A DNA stretch of 64,000 nucleotides. It comes from Chrysomallon squamiferum. Lineage: Eukaryota > Animalia > Mollusca. The notes under the pieces are model-generated. The model saw nothing but the letters and a program-made list of their open reading frames with translations. It had not been told where the DNA came from and searched no databases. Position numbers and translations under genes: made by a program. How positions within the stretch are numbered: position 1 is the first letter of the stretch; every line of letters starts with the position of its first letter. Positions 13,101-25,558 of this stretch are shown here, one piece after another. The stretch is from NCBI GenBank assembly GCA_012295275.1, contig CM022678.1, positions 6,448,001 through 6,512,000 on the forward strand. Direction: 5' to 3'.

Positions 13101-14173
13101 GGCAGCTTCATCCTGAACTAAAACTATGACAAGGCTTCAGAAAAACACATTCAGCTTTTCAAAACAAACAAAAGATTCACCACGTAAAACAATTCAAGAA
13201 CCAACACAACACAGAAACCATGGTTACTGTTTTATTTGATGAATTTCAGCAGCAAATGTGACAATGTGTTATTATTTTTCCAGTGATGGCCTGGTGAACA
13301 TGCGAGTACCACATAACATATGCTTTTACGTAAACCCACACACACACACACACAGAGAGTAGTAGTAGTATTAATACAAAAGATTAAACTGTCACATTTT
13401 TACATTACTGAAGTGAATCGTTGGAGTTTCATTAATTCACTGGCACATTTTTAAATGTATTTTATTAAAAAAACATACCTGTCACATACATTTGTTATTA
13501 CACCACTAAGGCAAAGATATCATAGATATTGTTTTTAACAGAACTGAGTTTTAAAGTTAAACAATTTCAAAATGGTACATATTTAAAGAGATGTACACTC
13601 ACCAGCCATACAGACAGTTTGAACTGTATCCATGTACAAAACGGAAAACAGAAATTAAATTTTGACAAAGCTATGGCAATATTTTAATATAACGATCATT
13701 TGCTATATATATATATATATACATAATAAATGTATGTATAATCTGAGCAATAATGCATAAAATCAATTATGAATACTTTGTTATTATCTGATGTGTTACT
13801 TTCTTTTTTCTTTTTTTACATTCCTGTAAAAAAAAAAAAAAAAAAAAAAAAAGAAATCAAAATTATTTCATACACAGATTTTAAATATATGATAAAATAT
13901 TATTATTATTATGGATAATTATTTAGTGTGTTATGGCTGACTGATCTTCTGCAATAACAGTAATTAAAAAGAATAATAATAATAAAAATTAACTATTTAA
14001 AGACACAGGTAAAACAAAGAAAAGAAGGAAGAAACAATGAGAAAAATAACTGCAATATTGATTTTTAAAATAACTGACTAGAAATAATTTTCTATCACAT
14101 CCTAAAAAAAAAATATTGCTAATGATATTAACAATTTTTTTTTTTTTTTTTTATGACTAATAGTAATAACAGC

Positions 14174-14213
<40 letters not shown>

Positions 14214-14601
14214 GTAGTAGTAGTAGTAGTTGTAGTTGTTGTTGTTGTTGTAGCAGAAACTGGTGATAGTGTAGCAGAAGTACTTGTCACAGAAGTTGAG
14301 GAAATATTATTAATAATAATAACAATGAATGATACAACAACTAATAATGATGATGATGAAGATAATAATAATAATAATAATAATAATAATAGTAATATTA
14401 TGGCACTATAACAAAAATGATTTCAAAAACAGATGCAATGTTTTTTTATATGTTGATTGTAATAATAATAGTAATAATAATAATTATAATTTTCACCAGT
14501 ATTTATAAGGCTTCTGCAATTATGTATAAAGCACACATTCAGTTGTTTAATCCAAAATTACACCATTTGCGATATTATGATTATGATTACTGAGAGACAG
14601 C

Positions 14602-14698
<97 letters not shown>

Positions 14699-15299
14699 AC
14701 ACACACACACAGTGAGACAAAGACAGAGAGTCATACATTTTACAACAAAATAATAATAATGATAATAATAATAATGATAATAATAATAATAATGATGATA
14801 ATGATAATAATCATAATTATCATAATAACAGTGTTAATAATCATAACTGTAACTTGTACAAAATATACTTTTTCAAATTATGCTCAGATAAATTTTTTTA
14901 CTATGACTTCTGTTAAAATTATACACATAAGATCCTCTTTTTAACTCTTTTTTTTTTTTTTAGTAAAATCAAAACCAAAAATCTGAGAAAATTAAAAACA
15001 AAGAAATTAATGTGTAAGACATAAATAAAAGCCAACAAAACAACTGCACTTTGCACACAAATAAACAAAAATAAAACAAACAAAACACTGCACACGCTAA
15101 AAGCAGTAACAAACAAACAAACAAACAAACATTGCTCAGATACAAAAGTATTTTGAGAAACAATTTTTTTTTCTTCACAATTAAAGATTAAACTTCCTGT
15201 AAAATATTGTAATAATAAAAAATATAGTAAAATTGTTTTTAAAAAGCACTTTTTGCCATGTTTTAATAATCTCATGTCACAGACATCCAGTTTTCTATC

Positions 15300-15572
15300 A
15301 GTTTTTATAACAACTATTTTTACTTGTTCAGACAATTATATATCATATACTTCAGTAACTATTAGAAACCAAAAGTTTTATAACAACTATTTTTACTTGT
15401 TCAGATAATCATATATCATATACACTTCAGTAACTATTAGAAACCAAAAGTTTTATAACAACTATTTTTACTTGTTCAGATAATCATATATCATATATTC
15501 AGTAACTATTGGAACCAAAAGTTTTATAACAACTACTTGTTCAGAAACAAAAGTAACTATTAGAAACCAAAA
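15300..15572. repeat. ~72 bp tandem repeat, ~3.5 copies, in the presumed ASPH 3'UTR
   Basis: GTTTTTATAACAACTATTTTTACTTGTTCAGA...TTCAGTAACTATTAGAAACCAAAA is repeated. Confidence 0.85.
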
Positions 15573-15895
15573 ATTCAGGTGTCAGATCAAAACCTTTCAT
15601 TCATGAACTGTTGTTTAAAACTAAAATATTCTCGTTTGTACTCAAACAAAACACATTTTTCAGTTATATATATATATATATATATATAAAAAAAAGTTTT
15701 TAGAAAGAAATGCAAGAATTGTGAGCAGGTTTGAAAACATTTTACATATCATACTGTGTAGTCCAAAAAAAAAAAAAATGAAATTATAGTACCAGTAGAA
15801 ATCTATCACTAGCAAAAATCGGGGGATTTGAAAATGTTTTGATTTTTTTGAAAAATCTTTTGCTACTCAACATGTTTTAACTGAAAGTAATAGTA

Positions 15896-15934
<39 letters not shown>

Positions 15935-16271
15935 GAATTAAAAAAGGTTGATAATTGAAGATTTTATATTATACATACATACATACATACATACATATTA
16001 AAAAAATAACTTTTGTAGTAGTAATAATAAGTAATGATTGTGACAATAATGTATGTATTCGTGCACGTGTCAATATGTATGGGGTTTTTTCCATATATGT
16101 ATGTATGTATGTTTGTGCATATTAGTATAAAGTGTCTAATTACTCTGCAATAATTTATACGATTCTTTTAAAATTCAAAAACATTTTCACAAACCCCTGA
16201 CTATTTACCATTTATGCTTCAAGTACTTTGGTTTTAAAAAAAAAAAAAAATTTATATCAATTTGTAAAAAA

Positions 16272-16427
<156 letters not shown>

Positions 16428-16461
16428 TAGTAATAATAATTATAAAATTTGATTAAGTCAT

Positions 16462-16612
16462 TTAAATTGGGGCTAGCGTGCGTTTCAGATATGCAGTCAG
16501 TTCTGGATGCCAAAAGTCGACAATGAGAACCAGTCTAGTTTCATTCCCATTATGCCACACTTCGTGTTCAAACGAATCGTCAAAGACGATTATCTTTCCT
16601 TCTTTCCATTCC
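16462..16612 (-). CDS. ASPH: Aspartyl/asparaginyl beta-hydroxylase, last coding exon
   Basis: TTTTCAG acceptor (phase 2). Translates (R)EWKEGKIIVFDDSFEHEVWHNGNETRLVLIVDFWHPELTAYLKRTLAPI*, the ASPH C-terminus with the DDSFEHEVW Fe-binding His. Confidence 0.96.
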
Positions 16613-17254
16613 CTGAAAACAAAACAAAATTTTCTTCAGTATAATAATAACAATGACAGTATCAGTAGTAGTAGTAAAAATAACAGTGGTGGTGGTGGTA
16701 GTAGTAGTTAAAATAACAGTATTATTAGTATTAGTAGTAGTAGTAGTAATAGTAGTATTAATAATAATAATAATAATAATTGTAATATATATATATATAT
16801 ATATATATATCATAGTAATATCCATACAAGAAAAAAGAAAATTGATAAATGAAGAGAATCAGACTGACAGACAGACAAACAGAGACAGACAGACAGACAG
16901 AAATACCAACAGACAGACAGACTGAGATTCAGACAGACAGACAGACAGAAAATGCTCATTTTGGCTTTTATACAGCATTTTTAAAATTCTTATTATTAAT
17001 ATCATGAATGAAGAAAATAAATGAAAATAAATAAATAAAAGTGTATAAATTAATTTTAAAATATCCCAAATAATTTAAACTAAAAGGGGAAACCAACAAC
17101 AAACAATCAAACAAACAAACAAACATAAATATAAATATAAATAAGGTGAAAAACACCCGACTGAATTAAAGAACAAATTCCAAAATAATTAAAAACAACA
17201 ACATTAAATGAACAACAAACATAACATATACTCAAATCTTAATAACAAAGCAGT

Positions 17255-17311
17255 AGTGTAATATGATAAATATCTAACTACCTGGTGTCACTAATGACTC
17301 TAATTTTACAT

Positions 17312-17342
<31 letters not shown>

Positions 17343-17562
17343 TTCACAAAACTACAGTGTAATATAATAAATATCTAACTACCTGGTATCACTAATGACT
17401 CTGATTTTACATTTATTTATTTATTTATTCACAAAACTACAGTGTAATATAATAAATATCTAACTATCTGGTGTCATTAATGGCTCTAGTTTTACATTTA
17501 TTTATTTATTTATTTATATATAAATATCTATTTATTTCATTTATTTATTTATATATATACAT

Positions 17563-17609
<47 letters not shown>

Positions 17610-17646
17610 CAAAACTACAATGTAATATAACAAATATCTAACTTAC
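17255..17646 (-). repeat. Tandem copies (3) of ASPH exon end plus splice donor
   Basis: The real junction GTCAGTGACACCAG|GTAAGTTAGATATT is copied at ~17280, ~17380 and ~17465 as ..ACCAG GTAGTTAG / ATAGTTAG, separated by (ATTT)n. Confidence 0.85.
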
Positions 17647-17777
17647 CTGGTGTCACTGACAACTCTGATCTTTGGTCCAGGTGGTATAACGAGACCAAGG
17701 TGAGCTCGAATTCGACAGTTTGTTGGACCACAGTGAGGCCACACGTGAACACCTGGCTTCATCACAGAGAACTTTGT
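17647..17777 (-). CDS. ASPH: ASPH catalytic exon
   Basis: TKFSVMKPGVHVWPHCGPTNCRIRAHLGLVIPPGPKIRVVSDT(R), containing the WPHxGPTN His motif. GTAAGT donor, phase 0 to 2. The acceptor reads TTTTCAAG. Confidence 0.95.
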
Positions 17778-17781
17778 CTTG

Positions 17782-17888
17782 AAAATAAATAAATAAATAA
17801 ATAAATAAAATAATAATAATAATAATAGCATATAAATAAATAAATAAATAAATAAAAAAATAAATAAAATAATAATAATAATAGCATA

Positions 17889-17923
<35 letters not shown>

Positions 17924-18090
17924 AATAATAATAGCATATAAATAAACAAATAAATAAAATAATAATAATAATAGCATATAAATAAATAAATAAATAAATA
18001 AATAAAATAATAATAGCATATAAATAAACAAATAAATAAAATAATAATAATAATAGCATATAAATAAATAAATAAATAAATAAATTAAAC
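17782..18090. repeat. Compound (AAAT)n/(AAT)n-AGCATAT tandem repeat
   Basis: About 6 units of AATAATAGCATATAAATAAA... immediately upstream of the ASPH acceptor. Confidence 0.85.
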
Positions 18091-18506
18091 AAATACTATG
18101 ATTATTAAAATCCATATTAAATGTGTGTTTTTTTATCTCAAAAATGCTATAGTGATAGAGTGCTGTCTTAAATTAATTTTTGTCATCTATTTAATGTCTG
18201 GAAATAATAATAATAAAAAAAATAATAATAATAATGATAGACATTAAAATGACCATTTTATTTATTTATTTATTTTTTTATTTTGTGGAGGAATATAATT
18301 ATTATTATTATTTCTATTTTATTTCCTTTTAATTTTTTTTTTTCAGTCAAAACTGTTGATATTATTTATTTAAAGAAATTATAGACAATTTTTCATCAAT
18401 GTGTATCTAATAAACAGAATGAATGATTTTTACAAGTTACAAAAAAACCAGAACAACTAAATAATAGAGGTAACCATAGTAACAAAGTTAGATAACTCCG
18501 AGATAC

Positions 18507-18598
18507 CTGTCCTCTAGTGCAGCTTCTGGCGTCTGGAATCTGATCAATGATTGCACACGTTTTAGGTGCCTTTTCGCAAGCACGTTTGTCTTTTCGAC
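18507..18598 (-). CDS. ASPH: ASPH exon
   Basis: TTTTAG|GT CGA...: (G)RKDKRACEKAPKTCAIIDQIPDARSCTRGQ|GTATCT, phase 1 to 0. Confidence 0.93.
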
Positions 18599-19186
18599 CT
18601 AAAACATAGCAAACAATCTTATAAATTTCATTTAATTTTTAAATAATACTGTACTTTATCTTTTTTTCTTATTTAATCAAAAAATTAAAACCTTTTTGAG
18701 CAAAAAATAGGTCAGTACACTTATACAGGGGTGGTGCTAGAGTTATTGATATCCTGGCTGTTCTATCATTTGTACCATAAGTGAAAATTTCATTAAAATA
18801 TCATTTATGAATTATTTCTCACAGAAAGAATAAATAACCATAATCTAGAACATCTGACTCCACTAAAAGAATTTTTAAATTTTTATTTTTAAAAAATTTT
18901 TAAAAAATTTTATTCTATTTTTTTTTTAACCTTTATCTGACTCCACCTAAAGAAATTTTTACATTTTGTTTTGTTTTTAAAAATTTTAAAATTTTTTAAA
19001 TTTTTTTTTTTTAACATTTATCCCTTTGTAAGATGTCTGACACATGATGTACCAGCTACATCCCCAAGCATGTGGTCCCCTGTGTTACCCAAAACTGCTG
19101 ATATGTCCACGTGACCTTTCACCTTTGTTTTTTTTGTTGTCACAATTCAGTGGCATGACATTTAAATTTTTGTTCTGTCTACTTGC

Positions 19187-19322
19187 CTTGTGCATACAAA
19201 GTGAACTGCTTCCAGGATCCTTTTTCACTGAGTTTCTCCTCTTCTGGCATAAACATTCCTGATTTCGGATCCAGCTGAGCCAAACCCTCGTCTCTGATAA
19301 CCTTCCAGTTGTCCTCCAGCAA
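19187..19322 (-). CDS. ASPH: ASPH exon (ends in a GC donor)
   Basis: TTACAG|LLEDNWKVIRDEGLAQLDPKSGMFMPEEEKLSEKGSWKQFTLYAQ G|GCAAGT. Phase 1 is required by the next exon. Confidence 0.93.
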
Positions 19323-19508
19323 CTGTAAACAAACATTTGTTACTATTGTTATTGTTATTGTTGTTGTTATTGTTATTATTATTATTATTATTATTGTTAT
19401 TGTTATTGTTGTTGTTGTTGTTGTTGTTGTTGTTATTATTATTATCATTATTATTATCAGATTGAGAGATGTGTAAAGACAGATATATATTTTGAGATAT
19501 ATATGTGA

Positions 19509-19575
<67 letters not shown>

Positions 19576-19699
19576 ATATAACAAATAGATTCACATACTT
19601 GTATTTACATACTTGTGATAAAATACAAAGAGAGAAAGATACACACACACAAAAACACACAGAGATTCAATACACACGATAAAGAGCGAGACATTCAGA

Positions 19700-20062
19700 C
19701 AGACATGTGTATAAAGATTACCTCTAATTCACAAATCTTACCTTCAAGTATTTAGAAATATCCTGTCTGTTCTTCTGTCCACAAGACAGACAGACATGTG
19801 TATAAAGATTACCTCTAATTCACAAATCTTACCTTGAAGTATTTAGAATATCCTGTCTATTCTTCTGACCACGAGACAGACAGACAGACAGACAGACAGG
19901 ATATACAGATTACCACTAATTCACAAATCTGACCTTGAAGTATTTAAAATATCCTGTCTGTTCTTCTGTCCACAAGACAGACAGACAGGATATAAAGATT
20001 ACCTCTAATTCACAAATCTTACCTTGAAGTATTTGGAATATCCTGTCTGTTCTTCTGTCCAC

Positions 20063-20093
<31 letters not shown>

Positions 20094-21473
20094 GATATAA
20101 AGATTACCTCTAATTCACAAATCTTACCTTGAAGTATTTAAAATATCCTGTCTGATCTTCTGTCCACAAGACAGACAGGCAGACAGACAGACAGGATATA
20201 AAGATTACCTCTAATTCACAAATCTCACCTTGAAGTATTTGGAATATCCTGTCTGATCTTCTGTCCACAAGACAGACAGACAGACAGACAGACAGGATAT
20301 AAAGATTACCTCTAATTCACAAATCTCACCTTGAAGTATTTGGAATATCCTGTCTGATCTTCTGTCCACAAGACAGACAGGCAGACAGACAGGGATATAA
20401 AGATTACCTCTAATTCACAAATCTCACCTTGAAGTATTTAAAATATCCTGTCTGATCTTCTGTCCACAACAGACAGACAGACAGACAGGATATAAAGATT
20501 ACCTCTAATTCACAAATCTCACCTTGAAGTATTTGGAATATCCTGTCTGATCTTCTGACCACAAGACAGACAGACAGGATATAAAGATTACCTCTAATTC
20601 TCAAATACTGAGAAAGAAATAACTTCAATATCCTGTCTGATCTTCTGACCACAAGACAGACAGGCAAAATAAATAAATAAATGAATAAATTAATGAATGA
20701 ATTAATGAATGAATGAATGGACAAATAAATAAATGAATGAATGAATGAATGAATAAATTCATGAATGAATGAATGAATGAATTGAATATCCTGTCTGTTC
20801 TTCTGACCAAATAAATGAATGAATGACAGACAGAATGAATATAAATGAATAAATAAATGGACAAATCTTAAATAATAAATTTAAAATATCCTGTTTGTTC
20901 TTCTGTCCATGAACAACAAAGGATATAAAGATTACCTCTAATTCAAAATTCACCTTAAATGATTTTAAATATCCTGTCTTTCTTCTGAAAACCAGACAGA
21001 CAGAAAGACAGGATATAAAGATTAAATTCAAAATCAAACCTTGAATAATTGGAATATCCTGTCTGAAACTGTCCACAAGACAGACAGACAGACAGACAGA
21101 CAGGATATAAAGAAAAATTAAAAATTCAAAATTAATTTGAATATTTGGAATATCCTGTTTGATTCTCTGTCCACTGACAGACAGACCTACAGACAGGAAT
21201 AAAAAAATAAAATAAAATAAATTTTAAAAAATATCCTGTCTGATAAAATGTCCATAAAACAGACAGACAACAACAACAACAATAATAATAATTACCACTA
21301 ATAAAATCTACCTTGAAGAATTTAAGAAAATATCCTGTCTGATCTTCTGACCATAAAATAAAGAAAGGATAATAAATTTTCTATTTTAAAATTTAATTAT
21401 TAAGTAAATATCCTTCTGTTTTTCTGTCCTCTTCAGACAGACAGACAGACAGGATATAATTCACAAATCTCAC
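19700..21473 (-). repeat. ~90-100 bp tandem array built from ASPH exon 3' end + donor + (TCTG)n
   Basis: Unit on the minus strand: (TCTG)n TCTTGTGG(A/T)CAGAAGATCAGACAGGATATTCCAAATACTTCAAG|GT(A/G)AGATTTGTGAATTAGAGGTAATCTTTATATCC, encoding W(T/S)EDQTGY(S/F)KYFK. About 10 clean copies (19700-20650) plus ~5 degraded ones. Confidence 0.92.
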
Positions 21474-21590
21474 CTTGAAGATGGAATAAAAATCTGATCT
21501 TCACCACCAGCCTGCCAGTGAGTTCAACGTTGTAGAGATCCCTGATACTGAACAAGTTTGATCCCGTTCTCCTTCTCATCTACTGTAAGC
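21474..21590 (-). CDS. ASPH: ASPH exon, corrupted by multiple small deletions in this sequence
   Basis: TTTGCAG|GCT TAC... and ...TTCAAG|GTGAG boundaries are intact. Fragments of YQRSLYNV, LTGR.WW, EDQ and FK are recognisable in shifting frames. It is 117 nt, shorter than the ~46-codon homologous segment. Confidence 0.75.
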
Positions 21591-21980
21591 CTGCAAAATG
21601 AAAATGAATAAATGAATGAATGAATGAATGAATGAATGAATGAAAGGAATAAATAAATAAATTAATAAATAAATTAATGAATGGATAAATAAATTAATGA
21701 AAAAAAAATTTTTAAATTAATAAATAAAAAATAATGAATGAATGAATGAATGAATGAATAAATGAATGGATGAATGAATGAATGAATGAATGAATTGAAT
21801 GAATAAATGAATGGACAAAATAATAAATAAATATACATTTTGTTAAATAATGAACAATAATAAATGCATAGAAATTTGTTAAATGATTTTAAAAAGCTAA
21901 ATTTAAAAAAAAAGAAGAGTAAATTAAAAAAAGGGAAAAGTTAAATTAAAAACAAATAATAATAGTAGTTAAATGTAATA

Positions 21981-22033
<53 letters not shown>

Positions 22034-22155
22034 AAATAAAAAAAATAAAAAATAAAAAATTAATTTGTATATTCTACTGTTTGATTCTTTCTCTGTAAAT
22101 TTTAACTATAGTAATAAAAAAATAAAAATAAAATAAATTAAAAAATAGTAAAAAA

Positions 22156-22200
<45 letters not shown>

Positions 22201-22312
22201 TATATAAGAAGAAGAAGAAGAAGAAGAATAACAATCATAAGTAACATAAAATAAATAAACATAATACATTTTTAATTTTAAATTTAATTATTATTTTTTT
22301 TTTTTTTTTTAC

Positions 22313-22507
22313 CTCTTCAGTACGGTTCAGTCTTTGCAAAGCGTCGCCAAGATGGAAGAAAAATCGCCCATCCAGTGTTCCTGGTTCTCGTGTAGCTATC
22401 CCATCAGCCAACAGTTTGATCCCTTTGTCCAGATCATCTCTGTAAGTCTTCATGATGAAGCCAAGGTGCACCATCGCAAATCCGTCAGCAGGATTAATCT
22501 TCAAAAC
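22313..22507 (-). CDS. ASPH: ASPH exon (TPR region)
   Basis: GACAG|VLKINPADGFAMVHLGFIMKT...GIATREPGTLDGRFFFHLGDALQRLNRTEE|GT, 195 nt, phase 0 to 0. Confidence 0.95.
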
Positions 22508-23178
22508 CTGTCGCAGAAAAGACGTTAAGACGTTTTTTTTTAAACTTCTACGTTAAAAATATATTTGAAAGTAGGGGTAACAGTGGTGGTTGTTGTTGTT
22601 GTTGTTGTAGTTGATGTAAAAAGTATTTGTAATGATGACACATAACTGCTGAGAGTAGAAGTACTGTACTGATGATAATAATGGTTGTAGTAGTAGTAGT
22701 AGTAGTAGTAGTTATGGCAGTAGCAGTAATAGTAATTTCAGTAGCAACAGCGGTAGTAGTAGTAGCTGAAACTGTATTAGTTCTAATAGCGTTAGCTCTA
22801 AAAAAGGTGACAATAAAGGTAGTAATAGTAGTAGTAGTAGCCGTAGTTGCAGTAAAACGCTGTTGTAGCAGTGGTAATAACAGTTGTAACTACTAACAAT
22901 AGCAGCAGCAGCAGCAGCAGCAATAGTAGTAGTAGTAGTAGTAGTAGCAGTAGCAGTGGTACATTTAAGCAGTATATGTACTAGTAGCAGTAACAGTAGC
23001 AACAGTTATAACAGAAGTTGTAGTAGCTGTCATTATCATTGTAGCTGTAGTATTTGACATTATTACTGTAGCTGTAGTATTTGACATTATTACTGTGGTT
23101 GTCCTAGTTGCAATTACTACTGTAGCAGTTGTTATTATCACTTTTATTTTTGCTGCAGTGGCTGTTGCGTGTACTCAC

Positions 23179-23315
23179 ATTTTCAAAGACGTTCTGAGCC
23201 TCATCGTTCTTGCCTATCATGAGGTATCTCACGCCAAGCTCGTTCTTCAGCTTCACATCAGCTGGAAACCTCGTCACGAGCTGAATGTGCGTTTTTACAG
23301 CCTTTCCTCCCCAGC
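23179..23315 (-). CDS. ASPH: ASPH exon (TPR region)
   Basis: TACAG|(G)WGGKAVKTHIQLVTRFPADVKLKNELGVRYLMIGKNDEAQNVFEN|GTGAGT, phase 1 to 0. Not present in the ORF track. Confidence 0.93.
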
Positions 23316-23515
23316 CTGTAACAAAGCAACAACTTTACTTGTGTATGTAGATTAAAATACTAAAAATATAATGTTTTTTTTTTTAACTTATAGAATGCTC
23401 AGTATGGCAGAGTATGGTCTAATAAAAGAGTTTTAGAAAGAAAAAAATCTTTGATGTTTTCTCGAAATTATTTCAGGTAATTACAATAGTACTGTTACAC
23501 AAGACATTTCAGTGC

Positions 23516-23745
23516 TGACATTTTACCATCTCACAAATGAAACTTTTACTATCTCACAAATGACAATTTTACCATCTCACAAATGAAACTTTTACCCATC
23601 TCACAAATGAAACTTTTACTATCTCACAAATGACAATTTTACCATCTCACAAATGAAACTTTTACTATCTCACAAACGACAATTTTACCATATCACAAAT
23701 GAAACTTTTATTATCTCACAAATGACAATTTTACCATCTCACAAC
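23516..23745. repeat. 23 bp minisatellite (TTTTACCATCTCACAAATGAAAC / ...GACAA)n
   Basis: About 10 copies with largely alternating GAAAC/GACAA variants. Confidence 0.9.
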
Positions 23746-24662
23746 TATCACTTAACATAACAATATACTAAAGACAAAATTTTATTCTTCCAAGTTCATG
23801 TTGGCATATCAAACCTTCATATATATATATATATATACTTCAACTAATTACTGCACCACAATGATCTATTCAACCCTTTTGCATTCAAGAGAACAAAATT
23901 TTTATATAAAAAATCTAACCTCACTAAATATAATCAGAATAAAACTCATTCTTAAGTCTTTTTTAAATTTAACACCTCTGCTTTCAACCATCTCACTTAA
24001 TTACAAAACAAAATTAATTCTTCAAATTTTGATCAGAGTGCTATGGTATGATAATGAACACTTTCTCCTTCAAGACAGCAATATTGTCACTTTATTGATA
24101 AATATTTACTAATCAAAAGTTTAAACAAATACTAGCAGTATTCAAAGTTAATCCAGAGGTCTATTTACTGCAACAGTATGATCATAATAATATAATTATT
24201 TATTAATCCAAAACAAAATCCCAAAATTTTCAAATTTCTTCCAGATGCTATGGATATTTAATATTTCCACCATCAAGACAACCATGTAAGTATTTATTGA
24301 CAAAAAATAAAAATAAAAAAAACAAAGAATAATAATTTTTTCAAATTTCATCTGAATGCCATAGTGTATTCAACATTTCAACTTTCAAGACTACAATATT
24401 GTAAAAACTTACTTATTTAAAAAAAAAAAAAAAAAAAAACATAGAACAAAAACAAACAGTCAAATTTATTCTGCAAACAATAGCATATTTAACACTTCTG
24501 GCAACAAGAAATGATATTTCAAACACTTACTTAAAAACTTACAGCTTACAAAAAAAAAAAACCCAAAATTTTCACATTTCAACTGAACTGCAACAATAAC
24601 ATATTAAACACTCCTGTCTTCAAGAATAAACTTACCCCTTTTCGTTAACAACTCACACTAAC

Positions 24663-24900
24663 CTCTAAATTCCTGTCTTTCTGACAATGTTCTGCCAGCC
24701 TCTTTGTAGAGATCGTCAGGGACATCGGGCTGCTGTAAGACTTCAGACAGGAGGGCAATGCACCTCTCCAAGATTTCGTTACTACGGTACTGCTCGGCCA
24801 GCCGATTCAGAACCAAAGCTTTTCCATACAATGCACGAGGACTGTGAGGATGTTTCGTTAAAATCGTGTCGAACTTTTCCAAAGCATCTTGATGCTTTTT
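24663..24900 (-). CDS. ASPH: ASPH exon (TPR region)
   Basis: TTTCAG|KKHQDALEKFDTILTKHPHSPRALYGKALVLNRLAEQYRSNEIL...LSERQEFR G|GTTAGT, phase 0 to 1. Confidence 0.95.
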
Positions 24901-24911
24901 CTGAAAAGGAG

Positions 24912-24943
<32 letters not shown>

Positions 24944-25558
24944 AGGAAATGATAGGAAAGGAAAGGAAATTATTATTACTGTGAAGTCCACACACAAATC
25001 AGCATCATAATCAGAAGGAAAAAAAAAGATACAAAATAAATACAACAAAAAAACAGAACAACAAAAAAACAAACAGAAATAAATTACAAAATAAATACAA
25101 CAAAAAAACAGAACAACAAAAAAACAAACAGAAATAAATTTCTGAAAACAAAAGAAGAAAAACAGAAAGGAAAATAAACTATTATTACTCTGCCAGTCAC
25201 TTGAGCTAAATTATTTCCATCCCACATTATCCACTTTGCATACATCCTGAATCCATCAATAAATGGATCCCTCTTATCTAATAATGCACATTCTTCTGTT
25301 AATTTTCAAATCCATTTATTTCATCCACTTTCCGTTTTATCCACATTATCCCGTTCCACCCCATCCTCCAAAGTCCACCAATATTTGGTCACACATCTAT
25401 ATCTAACACACTCACTTCCATTCATTTTAATCCCACTAATGACAAGCCATTTATTTCTTCCACTTTTCCCCCGTTCAATTACATCATCCAATTATGACTC
25501 CACCCACCTCCCATGCACCCACCCTCCCTCCCTACTACACCCAGTAACCAACGGATAC

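Noticed and set aside
12410-13129. CRISPR-like or coding interpretation (VTTDISQH repeats) of the minisatellite
   Set aside because: Eukaryotic DNA, no unique spacers, variable unit length breaks the frame, and no cas genes.
17778-17785. AAG acceptor before the ASPH catalytic exon
   Set aside because: Could be a genuine rare AAG acceptor, but given the other single-A insertions in this window it is as likely an error for TTTCAG.
18470-18483. RFX X-box-like motifs (also ~30113, ~56068, ~61106)
   Set aside because: Scattered intronic/intergenic matches without promoter context.
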